Shown here one piece after another: positions 19,992 through 33,282 of a stretch of DNA of 64,000 nucleotides. This DNA is from an uncultured Nitrososphaeraceae archaeon (GTDB lineage Archaea > Thermoproteota > Nitrososphaeria > Nitrososphaerales > Nitrososphaeraceae), in the NCBI GenBank assembly GCA_963779615.1, contig CAVZZA010000005.1:416001-480000 (forward strand), written 5' to 3'. The notes below the pieces were generated by a model. It had not been told where the DNA came from. It ran no database searches and saw nothing but the letters and a program-made list of their open reading frames with translations. Every line of letters begins with the position of its first letter. The first letter of the stretch is position 1. A program made the translations under genes and the position numbers.

Positions 19992-21077
19992 ATGCATTTA
20001 CCTGAAAAAAAAGCTCTTTTGATTACCTATCCTAACCAATTTGCCATTACGGAGGCAAAGTCACTTGCCGAATCAACAGGATATTCGATTTTGGACACCA
20101 TTTGTCAAAAGCACATAACAATGTCAAGATTCGGCATCGGAAAAGGCAAAGCTGAGCTGGTGAAAGAAAAAATAATGGAATTAAAGCCCAACGTCATAAT
20201 TTTTGACGAAGTTTTAAAACCAAGTCAGCAATACAATCTTTCAAAATTATGCAACATTGAGGTAATAGACAGGGAGAAACTCATCCTGGAGATTTTTTTG
20301 AACAGAGCAGTAACAAACGAATCAAAAATTCAGGTAAAGCTGGCTCAGTTAAAATACGACATTGTCAGGGTAAAAGAAAAAGTACGCCTGTCAAAAGGGG
20401 GAGGAGAAGAGCAGCCAGGGTTTCTTGGTGTCGGCAAATATGACGCAGACATAGAAATACTAAGCATAAAAAAAAGAACGGCCGTTCTTAAAAAAAAATT
20501 ATTGGTTGAAGAGAAAAAAAGAAAGCTCCACAGGGTTCAGAGATTAAACGAAAAAACACCTTTGATATCCCTGACAGGATACACCTCTGCAGGAAAAACA
20601 TCATTATTTAACTGGATAACAAATGAAAAAAAAGAAACAAGTAAGCAGTTGTTCACTACGCTAACAACATACACAAGGTCAGCTGTCATTAAAGAAAAAA
20701 AGGTCTTGTTTACAGACACGATAGGATTCATAAGCAAATTACCACCCTATATGATAGAGGCGTTCAAGTCAACGCTATCTGAATTAAATTTTGCGGATGT
20801 TGTTTTACTTGTACTAGATTTTAGTGATGACACAATGTCCATTGAGAAAAAATTAAAGAGTTCCCTTGAGACGCTCTCCAAGCTAGAGGTTCCCAACAAC
20901 AAGCTAATCCTGGTTTTAAACAAAATGGATTTGGTAAAGCCTTCAGAGATTGAAGACAAGTTAATAGAACTGAACATTCAGCCAGACATGCACCAAATAG
21001 TATCGATTTCCTCAAAAACTGGATTCAACATTCCCTCATTGATAGAAAAAATTGACTCCATGATAACCATGAAATAG
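19992..21077 (+). CDS. hflX: GTPase HflX
   Basis: IDREKLILEIF, GYTSAGKTS, LFTTL, DTIGFI, NKMD. Confidence 0.93.
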   Translation: MHLPEKKALLITYPNQFAITEAKSLAESTGYSILDTICQKHITMSRFGIGKGKAELVKEKIMELKPNVIIFDEVLKPSQQYNLSKLCNIEVIDREKLILEIFLNRAVTNESKIQVKLAQLKYDIVRVKEKVRLSKGGGEEQPGFLGVGKYDADIEILSIKKRTAVLKKKLLVEEKKRKLHRVQRLNEKTPLISLTGYTSAGKTSLFNWITNEKKETSKQLFTTLTTYTRSAVIKEKKVLFTDTIGFISKLPPYMIEAFKSTLSELNFADVVLLVLDFSDDTMSIEKKLKSSLETLSKLEVPNNKLILVLNKMDLVKPSEIEDKLIELNIQPDMHQIVSISSKTGFNIPSLIEKIDSMITMK

Positions 21078-21486
21078 GACATCTACAACTCAATCAAAGA
21101 TATAATGAAAAAAACAATCAAATGAAGTAAAAACCAACCAGCAAGTGGTGCTGGCAGCCATTTTACATGTTGTTTGTTCAGCAAACATGCAAATAGGTTT
21201 TGACTGACGACAACAGAGAGAAACATACAAAAACACATGCCAGGGTCAGATTAAGACAATACAAAAACACTCCTCACAAATAATTGTGAACAGTGTCACT
21301 GATGCGGATGGAGGATGCCCGAAGGGCAGGGCAGGCAGCCGCATAACCGCACAGCTGTTCTTGACCTTTGCACAAATTTTCATAAACCGAAACACATTGA
21401 AGATTTTAACATGTTCATCGCTTGATAAGGTAAGTTAATAAGAGACAACAATCTCTGTACAATTTTTATAATAAAGGTCATGAATT

Positions 21487-22473
21487 ATGCATTTAACAAA
21501 TCACATAGAAGGACTTGAAACGGTCCATAACGATAAACTATTGTGGGTCAATATCGAGAAGCCCACAAGAGACAAGATGGAGATTCTGTCCAGAAAGTTT
21601 TCCCTTCATGAGTTGAATATTGAAGACTGTTTATCAAAAAACCAACTGCCAAAAATTGACAGGTATGAGGATCATGTTTTCATAATTCTCCAATTTCCCA
21701 CCACGCAAAAAGAAAAAACACTGCAGAGGTTTAGCCAGCTGTCTTTATTTGTGGGAAAGAACTACCTCATAACCATACATCAGGGAGACCTAAAGCCCCT
21801 GATTGAGCTTTTCCAATCATGCAAATTTGATGACCACAGAATAAAGCAAAACGTGATGGGCAGTTCACCAGGCTATCTTTTGCACAGCGTTCTGGATAGC
21901 CTAGTTGATGACCTGCTCCACATTCTGATGAAAATAATTGGAAATTTAGATGACATAGAAGACGCAGTGTTTGACGACAAGGTAGCTGTTGCAAAAGAAA
22001 TAACAATCCTCAGAAGGGAAATAACCATATTGCGCAGGGTGGTATTGCCATTAAAGAGAATCATGTCAGAGATAATCTCAAGGGACGTCAAAAAGTTTTC
22101 AAACGCTGACGAAGAGGAGGATCTGATATCTTATTTTGATGACGTTAACGATCATATTTTCAAAGTCCTGGAGGCTTTAGACGAATCCAAAGAAACTATT
22201 GAGATTTATAAGGACACCGACTTTATGCTAAGCAGCGAGAAAACCAACAAAATTCTCAGTTTCTTGACGATTCTGTTTACCTTGTCAATTCCAATTACAG
22301 TTTTGGGGACATTTTACGGGATGAATATAGCGATTCCAGGTAGCATAAATTCGAGTAAAACAATAATAGACTATGTCCCCCTTGCCATAACAATATCAAT
22401 ATCAATTGGGGCCGTGGTTATTATGATAAGCCTTTTTAGGAAATTCGGTTGGATGAACAACGTCACAAAGTAA
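21487..22473 (+). CDS. corA: CorA Mg2+/Co2+ transporter
   Basis: LHELNIED, YGMN signature, two C-terminal TM helices. Confidence 0.92.
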   Translation: MHLTNHIEGLETVHNDKLLWVNIEKPTRDKMEILSRKFSLHELNIEDCLSKNQLPKIDRYEDHVFIILQFPTTQKEKTLQRFSQLSLFVGKNYLITIHQGDLKPLIELFQSCKFDDHRIKQNVMGSSPGYLLHSVLDSLVDDLLHILMKIIGNLDDIEDAVFDDKVAVAKEITILRREITILRRVVLPLKRIMSEIISRDVKKFSNADEEEDLISYFDDVNDHIFKVLEALDESKETIEIYKDTDFMLSSEKTNKILSFLTILFTLSIPITVLGTFYGMNIAIPGSINSSKTIIDYVPLAITISISIGAVVIMISLFRKFGWMNNVTK

Positions 22474-22955
22474 ATAGGGATGGCAACTGGGTTCATTTTG
22501 CTAGTTTTTTATTAATCAATATTGTAACTGCGCCACAATCAGGCCTTTAACCTTTTTAACTGATGCCATATAAACAATGGAGTCTTTTTGTCAGCAAACA
22601 CCTTTTTACCCTCTAAAGCACTGATCTCTTTCTATTTGCTACATGCCCATGAGTTTTGCACAGCAAAGCATTGTCCCCTTTTTAAAAAAAACAAAGGTAT
22701 CGTAAACGAAAACAAAATAAGAAGGCATATTTTTTCACGCCATAACGTTGAATTAGGGAATTTCACATAAACCCACTTCACGGATAATCAAGGCAAATGC
22801 GCATATTTACCAATTTAAAATGGCATGTAGAGCAATAGATAAAACATAAAGAATTGGGTTAGTGATTGATTTTAGATACCATAGACAACAATATCAACAT
22901 TATGGTACCATTTCTTTATTCCAGTATATTTTTATAATAGAATATTCTTTTTATA

Positions 22956-23222
22956 GTGATGGAAAATATAAAACTTTATAAAAAAGCAATATTTGGAGTA
23001 ATTTTTATGCTTGGTGCAATCATGTTAAATGGCGTCGCTAACAATGCAATGGCACAAACTGAAAATCAATCACAAGTATTTCCAAACGATACAGAAACTG
23101 TTGGAGATCTAGAAAACCTGACTGGATCTGACCAGGGCATAATAGCTAATGATACAACCATAAGTAACCCAAGCAACGATTTAGAGAACAGTTTGGCAAC
23201 AAATGAGAATCAAAGCAATTAA
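22956..23222 (+). CDS. Small secreted acidic/Asn-rich protein
   Basis: Signal peptide ending AMA; upstream TTTATAA. Confidence 0.6.
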   Translation: MMENIKLYKKAIFGVIFMLGAIMLNGVANNAMAQTENQSQVFPNDTETVGDLENLTGSDQGIIANDTTISNPSNDLENSLATNENQSN

Positions 23223-23300
23223 TTCCATTTTTTTCAACGACACAAACAGCCATAAAACCAATTAAGACAGGATTTTAAACAACTTTTCTACACAAGGCAA

Positions 23301-23852
23301 TCATCCCGAAATAAAACTCCGTATGGATTGATTTACCTTATCTGAAATTGAACCAAGTTTAGTTTTTACTAGTTCAGGATCAGTGCTGTCAAGCTCGTCC
23401 CCTATGAAATCAGAAACCCATTTGGTTTGGGTCGGGTAAGAGATTTTCTCGCCATTTTTGCACTCATAATCAAATAGTTTCCTAAATGCTATATGGGTAA
23501 AGTTTTGTTCCGGCAATGCACCGTGAAAATGCAAAGTATTAGAAGGGATTGAGACAATTTCACCAACATCCAGATAGTTTAGATCTATGTCATCAATTTC
23601 AAAGTTCGAGAGGGAGTTTTCCTTTAATTCACCCACAACACCCTTCCCGTAAACAGGAATTAAAATTTGCTCGGTTTCATGAAAATGCATTGTCGTCAGG
23701 GCCCCCTTTAAAAACTCTACAAAATAAAGCTCTTGATCCTGGGAGTTGTCTCCGTTGTACACCTCCTTGATAACCACGCTACCGTTAAAGTAATCTGATT
23801 TAACTTTTTTCTCGGAACATGTATACAAATTCCTTTTGTTCATGAAAATCAT
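23301..23852 (-). CDS. Cupin-domain protein
   Basis: HFHETEQ and IPSNTLHFHG cupin motifs. Confidence 0.8.
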   Translation of the reverse strand: MIFMNKRNLYTCSEKKVKSDYFNGSVVIKEVYNGDNSQDQELYFVEFLKGALTTMHFHETEQILIPVYGKGVVGELKENSLSNFEIDDIDLNYLDVGEIVSIPSNTLHFHGALPEQNFTHIAFRKLFDYECKNGEKISYPTQTKWVSDFIGDELDSTDPELVKTKLGSISDKVNQSIRSFISG

Positions 23853-24368
23853 TTCCTTTTCTAGAATTTAATTTTATGCGAGCAAGCACAGAAAAATTTC
23901 AAAGGTATCCAAAGCGCACAAAAAAAATCAATAATAAAATTGGTTAAGGAAAATGCATGATTTGTAAAAGCGGTTAACGTATATACAAAACAAAACAACA
24001 AGAGTATAATTTTTTAGGCACCTTTTTTTTGACTGGTAACACAAAATCAACAGAGCGGAAGGAGGAGGAGAAAAAGGCAGGAGAAGCGGGTGTCTAAAAA
24101 TCAGCTTTTGGTATGCTCAAGCGGCTTGGGGCCACAACCTGTCACCCTTCGCATATCCACAGTAAAGCCTCGCAATACCAATTAGAGCAATCATCAAACT
24201 CTTGAATCCGCCTTTAACTTGTCAAATAACTCAATGGTTTTTTCCCAAATGAAGATAAAGCATGATGCCCCATATTGAGGAGAGCAATTTTTTGGCAGAG
24301 TGAAGGAAAAATCCCGTATAGAAGACTAGACAATAAAAGTCGCATAATGTTAACATAAATAATTACAA

Positions 24369-25703
24369 ATGCATACAAAGATCATGTCTTTGCAAATAGC
24401 TAGGGTCAAAGGAATACCAATTAAACTCCACTTCACATTAATCATAGTTTTTGTTCTTGTGTCCTGGACGCTAGCGTCAGGAACCATGCCACGGTATTTC
24501 CCAAACTTATATCCACCATCCTATTGGGTTATGGGAATATCCGGTGCCTTTATCTTATTTTTTTCAGTTTTACTGCATGAATTAGCTCATTCCATACTAT
24601 CTTTAAGGTATGGGATTAGAGTGCGCCAAATAATCCTGTTTATTTTTGGCGGGATATCAGACATCAAGGAAGAGACAAAAGACTATAGAAAAGAATTCAA
24701 AATAGCAGTTGTAGGGCCCATCACAAGCTTTGCATTAGCTTTTATTTTTGGTTTGGTTTGGTTGTTGTTGATTCAGCTTGGCGGTGAAACCGCTTTGCCG
24801 ATGGCACCATCAACAGTTCAGGGCAACGGAGAAACAAATGCAGAAGAGATATCAGCCCTGCAAGTGGAAACAACAAGCGAATTTCAGGCGATACCCACAA
24901 TATCCGGAATAATGATATACGCGTCAATAATCAATGCCTTGTTAGGGTTTTTTAACTTGATACCGGCTTTTCCACTGGATGGTGGAAGAATGTTACGCGC
25001 AGGGCTTGTCAAATGGAAAAAGAGCTACAATGAGGCTACAAGAATTGCCGTAAGGGTAGGAATAGGAATATCCTTTGGATTGATGGCATTTGGGTTTATA
25101 ACAATATTCACAGGCTCAACACTTGGGGGTTTTTGGTTTATAATAATTGGATGGTTTATTCAAAGCGGTGCACAAACATATTTACAGCAACTTGAAATAT
25201 CTACCGCCTTGGTTGGGGTGCGATTAAAAGACATAATGAACACAAAGTTTGTATCGGTAAAACAACACCAAACAGTAGCCGAGGTATTAAAGGACTACTT
25301 TAACATTTACAGAAAAAGCGAGTTTCCCGTATTGGACCCTGAAGGCCATCTAATCGGTGCAATTACAAGCCAGCAAGCTATGAACGTTGCAGAAAATGAT
25401 GCAGAAAATGTAAGGGTTGATGAGGTAATGATCCCAAATAGAGAATTAGTAATAATGAACGCTAGCAGTAGGGCAGATGAGGCCCTAAAGAGAATTTACC
25501 AGGAAAACAAAAATAGGATATTTGTTTGTGAAGACAAAGATTATGATGTTATTAGGGAGCAGGAGAACACACCCAAAAGGAACGAAAGACTATCTGCAGC
25601 AAACAAAGAAATAAAGATAAAGCTTTTAGGAATAATCAGCAAAACAGATTTACTGAATATCGCAAGAGAACGAGAAGAGTTTGAGCGGAATTTAAATAAA
25701 TAG
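24369..25703 (+). CDS. Site-2 protease (M50) with CBS domains
   Basis: HELAH, NLIPAFPLDGG, C-terminal CBS pair. Confidence 0.92.
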   Translation: MHTKIMSLQIARVKGIPIKLHFTLIIVFVLVSWTLASGTMPRYFPNLYPPSYWVMGISGAFILFFSVLLHELAHSILSLRYGIRVRQIILFIFGGISDIKEETKDYRKEFKIAVVGPITSFALAFIFGLVWLLLIQLGGETALPMAPSTVQGNGETNAEEISALQVETTSEFQAIPTISGIMIYASIINALLGFFNLIPAFPLDGGRMLRAGLVKWKKSYNEATRIAVRVGIGISFGLMAFGFITIFTGSTLGGFWFIIIGWFIQSGAQTYLQQLEISTALVGVRLKDIMNTKFVSVKQHQTVAEVLKDYFNIYRKSEFPVLDPEGHLIGAITSQQAMNVAENDAENVRVDEVMIPNRELVIMNASSRADEALKRIYQENKNRIFVCEDKDYDVIREQENTPKRNERLSAANKEIKIKLLGIISKTDLLNIAREREEFERNLNK

Positions 25704-26116
25704 ATGACACCGATTGGGGGGTCAAGCTGATCTTCCGTTCCGTTAACATATTGCAAACAGATTAACAATATTCTAATAATTTAATTTAATTTAATTTTCA
25801 ATGGGAGCGACGCCTTGGGGTTTTCATCTACTGTCAGGATGTTGCAATTAACGACTGGTCAGGCAGTCTGATCCTTTCACTGCATCCATCTTTTTGCCAT
25901 TCACCATTTTCCACTTGATTGGACCCATGTTTCCATCATTACCAATAATAAAAAAACGGTATTTGATGGCGAGGCGAGTATAACCTCACAACTTTAATTA
26001 TCCTTCGCATATTCACTATATTACGCTTCTTTACACAAGAAAATAACCGTTAAAACATCTTGAATTATCATAATATTGAACTTCCTAACAAAATTGGTAG
26101 TTTGATTCAAAGACAA

Positions 26117-26159
26117 CCGGGAGAGGGATACGAACCCCGTGGCAATACTCGAGGAGACA
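26117..26159 (-). repeat. att-like site copy 4 (tRNA-Ser-like core plus left arm)
   Basis: Minus strand TGTCTCCTCGAGTATTGCCACGGGGTTCGTATCCCTCTCCCGG; homologous to 16681-16726. Confidence 0.7.
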
Positions 26160-26555
26160 TACTACAATAACGAATATCAATTAAAATTTTAATAATCCTC
26201 ATCTATTACGGGAACAGCAACAGGCCCACTAACAATGAGCGTTAAAGAGGCCCATGCAACAATTGAAGGGACTTTCATTGTGCTTGGTTTAATCACGTGG
26301 AACGATTGTGAATGTAGTATTATTTGCGATTTACTACCTGCAATATATCGAGATATTGATATCAGATAGAATCGCCCTCTATCGAGTTCCTTCTGTAACG
26401 CCGCCATGAGATGTTGAATGAACGAGAAGAGGTTGAGTATGTATAGGGTTCTCAGTTCTCTGAACATTACTATTTTTCTAAATAGTCTCAAAAGGTATTA
26501 CTGCAACACCATAGTCATGTGAATACCCTATATAATTGGGTATTAATTTGTAAAC

Positions 26556-28095
<1,540 letters not shown>

Positions 28096-28099
28096 TCCT

Positions 28100-28616
28100 A
28101 GGATCATTTAACATTACATCTTTTTAGGCAATTCGACCAATTTTTTTGATTGCTCTATCCCTGTTATCGGTATGTTTTTAATAATAAGACCTGTATGAAC
28201 TAAGACCAATACCTGATCCCAGTATATGTGCTCATGAGATATTTTGTTGTTTTTGAATTTTATGATCACCACATGGGGGTATCTCAACGTATTTGCTTGT
28301 GGGTGCTATTCTAGGTAACAGATAATCAATCTCTGTCACGTGTGAAACTTATTACAAGTTCATCCACAACTTGGTCTTTCCCAACCGTTCTTGATATGTT
28401 AGTAATTTTCATATCCTTTGGCATTTTGCCGATAAAATGGTTTTTGTAGAAACTATATACTTCACTGTAACCAATTCCACCAGCTAATGTAGGAACATGG
28501 TGAACATATGGATCCTCGGTCATGATGGTCATAGTAGCATCCACATCTTCCTTATCAAACTCAAATTCTATGTGTTTGTCAAACACATCACCAAGGTTAT
28601 TTGGTTCTGTATCCAT
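28100..28616 (-). pseudogene. SnoaL-like / ester cyclase family protein, frameshifted
   Basis: DVDATM...HVPTLAGGIG...SRTVGKDQVVDE, then shifted frame EIDYLLPRIAPTSKYVEIPHV...HEHIYWDQ; 3' end approximate. Confidence 0.8.
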
Positions 28617-28962
28617 GATAACATATTACAATTCTTCTTAATGTTGTTTTACATACTGTAAAATATCTTCTTTTATGGGGTATAACAATATTTTAGAATA
28701 ATAGTGCAAAAAACGTTGCTCTAAAATAATAGATAAAATGCCATAATATGTATTTGAGATGCCCAATAATACGGTTCTACGAAAATACCATATTACCATA
28801 CCGTCCTTTAGTGGCGAATTTAAGATCACTTATAAATTACAACAGAAATAAATTGACCTGGAATTGGTGTACAGACAGTTTGGAAAGAATTTGGAAATTT
28901 AAATCCATGCGCACATGGCTTTAAATCAGTTACTGCTCCGAAAGCAGGAGCAATTTTAGGAG

Positions 28963-29328
28963 CTACTTTTTACCAGTTAGTATAACCTCGCCACTTTGTG
29001 CTGTTCCTATTTCATGAGCGTTTACAGCTTCTTTAACAAAGATCATCCCATGTCCCTCAGATCCCGAACGTATCTTTACGAGATCATCAATGATTTGATC
29101 TGCAGATGAATCGGGTACAATCGTTTCAACCTTGGTTCTCTTTTCATGTTCTGGAGTAATTTTCCTCCCCGTCATATAGGCACGTACCACCTCATGCACT
29201 TCTTTGATTTTTGTCCGACCTCTAGCGTTTACCTCATAAAAAGCAAAACCGCCGACATTATGCTTATTTAGAATTTCAGTCACTTTAGGAAGATTGTCAG
29301 CACGAATGAAAATACTTATTTCCTTCAT
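28963..29328 (-). CDS. P-II family (GlnB/GlnK-like) signal transduction protein
   Basis: MKEISIFIR, ARGR, KVETIVPD, GMIFV pattern; 121 aa. Confidence 0.82.
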   Translation of the reverse strand: MKEISIFIRADNLPKVTEILNKHNVGGFAFYEVNARGRTKIKEVHEVVRAYMTGRKITPEHEKRTKVETIVPDSSADQIIDDLVKIRSGSEGHGMIFVKEAVNAHEIGTAQSGEVILTGKK

Positions 29329-29961
29329 AGCGCCAGTTACTAAATCAAATAGATAAAGTTTTCTTTTTACATACAGGTGCGGTTAAGTTAGGCTTGTCTG
29401 CTCACAATCTAACTTCTTCCTGCATGGCCAATAATCATCAAAACCTTCAGTACCATCCTTGATATACCTAGAGCTCTTTCAATGATGCTTTTTTTGTTGT
29501 TGATGATGAAAAACCATCAAAAGACAACCTGCCACTAAATGTTTTTTGCTATCAAAAGGAGATAGTTTTGCAGGGAAAACAATATTCTTGGTATTGTTGC
29601 CCAATACTACCATCAATACCACTACTACCTGATTGCACAGTAAAACCCTGTTTTATAGCAGGAGGTGCTAGATTCGACATGGCATTGTTTTGCTGTTTCA
29701 GAACCGTGTTCTCCTTCCCATTCGTAACTTTGGGTATTGTTGTTTCTGCCTCGAAAAATCAACTATATTATATTGTAATACATCCAAAAAAAAACATATA
29801 GAAAACAACAGTACAGTGAACTGTGACATCCATGACATCCATGACGAATTTATTCATGGTAATTTAGCAACATCATTCAATTTACTGAATCTGATAATAT
29901 ATCAAGGACAGTAACATAACAAATTATGTATTCTGAAACCAAAAATGGAGAAAAAGTATAA

Positions 29962-31197
29962 TTATTTGATACCAAAACGAGACTCTAGCCATGAATGCAG
30001 GTCAGCCAAGACATATTCGGGTATGGGTCCACTTTCTGTTGTCCACTCTGTTGAAGGGTAGAAAAGGTGTCCCAGGTCTTGATATGTGATTAATGCATGA
30101 TCAGGATGATTCAGTTTAGTTAGTTTTTGTTGTAAAAGAAATGCTGTTGAACTCGACTTCCTGCATCGTTTTGTCCATGGAGCATTAGGATGCCAATAGA
30201 ATGAGAAACGTTACCTATGATGCTCAAGGTAGGTTGTAGATAAAGAAGCGATTTTAAATAAACAGGACATGGCAGTCCCGATGGGTCATCGCATTTGGAT
30301 CCTTCAAATGCTTTTTCAAATCTCTTTTCAAGAACAGGTTTAAGTTCTGCATTGATATTAATGTATACATCTTCATTGGAATTATATCCTGATTTTAAAA
30401 GTTTAGTGCCATTGGGAATAGACATATTGAGATTTGAGCTGGAATTACCACCACCAATCAAATTTTGGAATGTTTGATCTTGTGATGCTTGTTTCAACGA
30501 GAAAAGTCCATCATGATTTTTGTCTAGTACTTGTTTAGCATATTCAAGAGGGAAGTCAACCAAACCATAGTATAGCTGATCACTGGGTTTCTCAATCCTT
30601 GGAGCCAAAAGTACTATATTGCCAATCGTGGTTTTTGGATTATCAGTGGCAATCCTTGTAACAATTTCGCCTCCTTCACTATGACCAAGCAGGGTTATTC
30701 TCTTTGCATCAACTTCAGGCTGTTGTATTAGAACATCTACAGCTTTTTGGGCATCTTGCTTTAGATCATTGTATGTCATGTTTCCCCATGCATTGTTGTT
30801 AATGTTAATGACTGTGAGGTTTTCGCCTATGCCCCTCTTATCATACTTAAGAACAACAAAGCCTCTTTAAGACAGGTATTGGAATATTTGCCAAAATAGT
30901 TAAGCATTATCGCTTTTGCAGTGTAGTTCATATCAGCGGGGCCTGAACCAGGAACTAGAAGGACACTAGGAAACGGTCCTTTGCCTATTGCCGGATAAGA
31001 TAGCTGAGCCTTTGTTGGTACCCCATCCCCAAGATCCAAAGTTAGATTTCTGTATTTGACAACCTGAACGTCTGGCTGGGCAAGGGTTTCAGAAAAAGGA
31101 GATAAAGTAAGATTTAATGATGAGTATGTCGACAAGACTAAGAAAATGCCAAAAATAGAGCGAACACGATGAAAGGTGATGGCTCAAATTTAAACAT
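29962..31197 (-). pseudogene. Secreted alpha/beta hydrolase, frameshifted
   Basis: GPFPSVLLVPGSGPAD, GHSEG nucleophile, LHGQND and LGHLFYP lie in different frames. Confidence 0.85.
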
Positions 31198-31296
31198 GGA
31201 CACCAATTCTAGCAAGATTATATGGTATATGAGCAAATAGAGCTCTTTTAAATAAACATTTGGCACTATCATAATACCCTTTTATCCATTTTTCTG

Positions 31297-31563
31297 CTAA
31301 TGTGTGAATGCCATCATAATGGTAAATTTCAGGTTCTTTGTCAATAACACATAGCATATTATGGTTGCGTTTTCTGGATTTTCCTGTGCAAGGTTGTTTT
31401 GAATTTTGTTAAAGTAGGCTTTAGTGCAAGTTTTTGTTATGGAATCTATCTTTCTAAATAATGTATCATGTTCTGTTTCTTTTTGTTCTGCGTTATGTTC
31501 TTGCTCATGTGACAAACTTTTCTCAGAGAACCTGGGCTTTTCGTGCTGTTCTCTTAATATCAT
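31297..31563 (-). pseudogene. Truncated N-terminal fragment of a putative integrase
   Basis: RKIDSITKTCTKAYFNKI...NPENATIIC resembles, from recall, N-termini of Nitrososphaeraceae tyrosine recombinases; no catalytic domain. Confidence 0.5.
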
Positions 31564-31748
31564 TGCAAAGCGGTATCGGACAATCTAACGCTTTCATATC
31601 CGGTTATTTTTTTACCATTCACTATCACGCCCATCTAATTAACCCCCTCGTGTTCCCTTCATTCTTAATAATGAGAGGATAATATTTAATGGTGGATATT
31701 AACCTCATAACTTTAATTATCCTTTACAGTAGCTAAGATTTAGTAATT

Positions 31749-33212
31749 ATGAGCCTGGCAAAAACCGATTATGACGTCATCGTAGCAGGCGGAGGACTTG
31801 CAGGCATGATTGTAGCCTCATCTGCAGCATACTATTCTAATCAACGCTTGAAGGTGTTAATTGTAGACAGAAACCAAATAGAGGTTCAGGGCAGAAAAAC
31901 AATTTCTGGTTGGATTTGTGGTGATGCGGTAGGCAAAAACACTGTGGACTATATGAAGGACAGGATAAAAATTTCATGGGGATCTCCAGAAATTGAACAC
32001 CCAGTCAAAGGAGTTGTTGCCTTTTCGCCGGATCACCAAACAAGAGTTTCATTTGATGGGGAGGGGTTTATTTTGAATAGAAAGCTCTTGCCCCAAAAGC
32101 AGCTAAAAGAAGCCGCCAATTTAGGGGTAGAACTAATCAACAACACAGTAATTAGAAAACTGCTCACAGATAACAATTATGTGGTAGGCATAGAAGGAGA
32201 AAATACCAAAACAAAGGAGGTCATCAAAAAAACTGCCAAAGTGGTAGTTGATTGCACAGGCGTTACATCTGTTTTGAGGACTAATCTTCCAATAAAATCC
32301 TTCATTCAAAGAAGAATAGACAGAAATGACCTTGAATCCACCGGCAGGTACATCTATGATTTCAACTCCGAGGAGGGTCAAGAAGACAAAACATTTTTCG
32401 ATCCGGATTATTGCATAATACACCTGGACCAAAAGTTGGCCCCAGGTGGATATGCATGGGTATTCCCCAAAGGCAAAAACAAAGTAAACATTGGATTGGG
32501 TGTTCAACAAAAGCTTTTTGAAAAAGAAAACAAAGAATCCGGAAATAAAAGAGACCTCAAAAAATTGATTGATGATTATGTGGGCATAAACCCGGCAATT
32601 AAAAACCCCAAACTGTCAAAAGAGGAAGAGGACACTGGTAACGAGTGGGGCACATGGCAGGTCTCTGTAAGAAGACAAAACGACTGCCTGGTTGCGAACG
32701 GGTATGTATTGGTCGGCGATTCAGCCTGGATGCCAAAACCATTGGATGCAGGAGGCATCGGTCCCGCCATTATTGCCGCAACAATAGCAGGTAAAGACGT
32801 GGTAGAAGCAATTGAGGGCAATGACGTATCGGAGGCAGGTTTGTGGAGATACAACAAGAATTTCATCAATGAATACGGGTACAAAACACCCGGATTGGAG
32901 GTTTTTAGGAGAATGCTACAGCAATTAACCAATGAACAGATCAACTACGGCATGAAGCACTTTTTATCCAGAATGGATATTGAAAAAATAACCAATGGCG
33001 AACATCCGGTGTTTAGCACGGTGGATAAAATAAGCATGCTGATAAGAGGAACACTCAACAAAAAATTGGCAGAGGACCTAAAATACACAGCAAATATGAA
33101 TGAGACACTGGTAAACCACTATAGAGACTATCCGGAAAGCCCAGAAGGATTTGAAAAATGGTCAAACACACTAAATAAGCACCTTACAGAAGCATTTTCA
33201 AAGTTTGTTTAA
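31749..33212 (+). CDS. Geranylgeranyl reductase family FAD oxidoreductase
   Basis: GGGLAG, ICGDAV, PGGYAWVFPKG, VGDSA...GGGI. Confidence 0.88.
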   Translation: MSLAKTDYDVIVAGGGLAGMIVASSAAYYSNQRLKVLIVDRNQIEVQGRKTISGWICGDAVGKNTVDYMKDRIKISWGSPEIEHPVKGVVAFSPDHQTRVSFDGEGFILNRKLLPQKQLKEAANLGVELINNTVIRKLLTDNNYVVGIEGENTKTKEVIKKTAKVVVDCTGVTSVLRTNLPIKSFIQRRIDRNDLESTGRYIYDFNSEEGQEDKTFFDPDYCIIHLDQKLAPGGYAWVFPKGKNKVNIGLGVQQKLFEKENKESGNKRDLKKLIDDYVGINPAIKNPKLSKEEEDTGNEWGTWQVSVRRQNDCLVANGYVLVGDSAWMPKPLDAGGIGPAIIAATIAGKDVVEAIEGNDVSEAGLWRYNKNFINEYGYKTPGLEVFRRMLQQLTNEQINYGMKHFLSRMDIEKITNGEHPVFSTVDKISMLIRGTLNKKLAEDLKYTANMNETLVNHYRDYPESPEGFEKWSNTLNKHLTEAFSKFV

Positions 33213-33282
33213 TCAGGTTTTTTATTTTGCATCAAACAGCTTCAACAGGCATTAACAAAGCATAGTCATGCAGTTTAACAGG

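Noticed and set aside
21288-21360. Assignment as SRP RNA, RNase P RNA or a known NiCo/M-box riboswitch
   Set aside because: Too short and lacks the diagnostic motifs; left as an unassigned candidate
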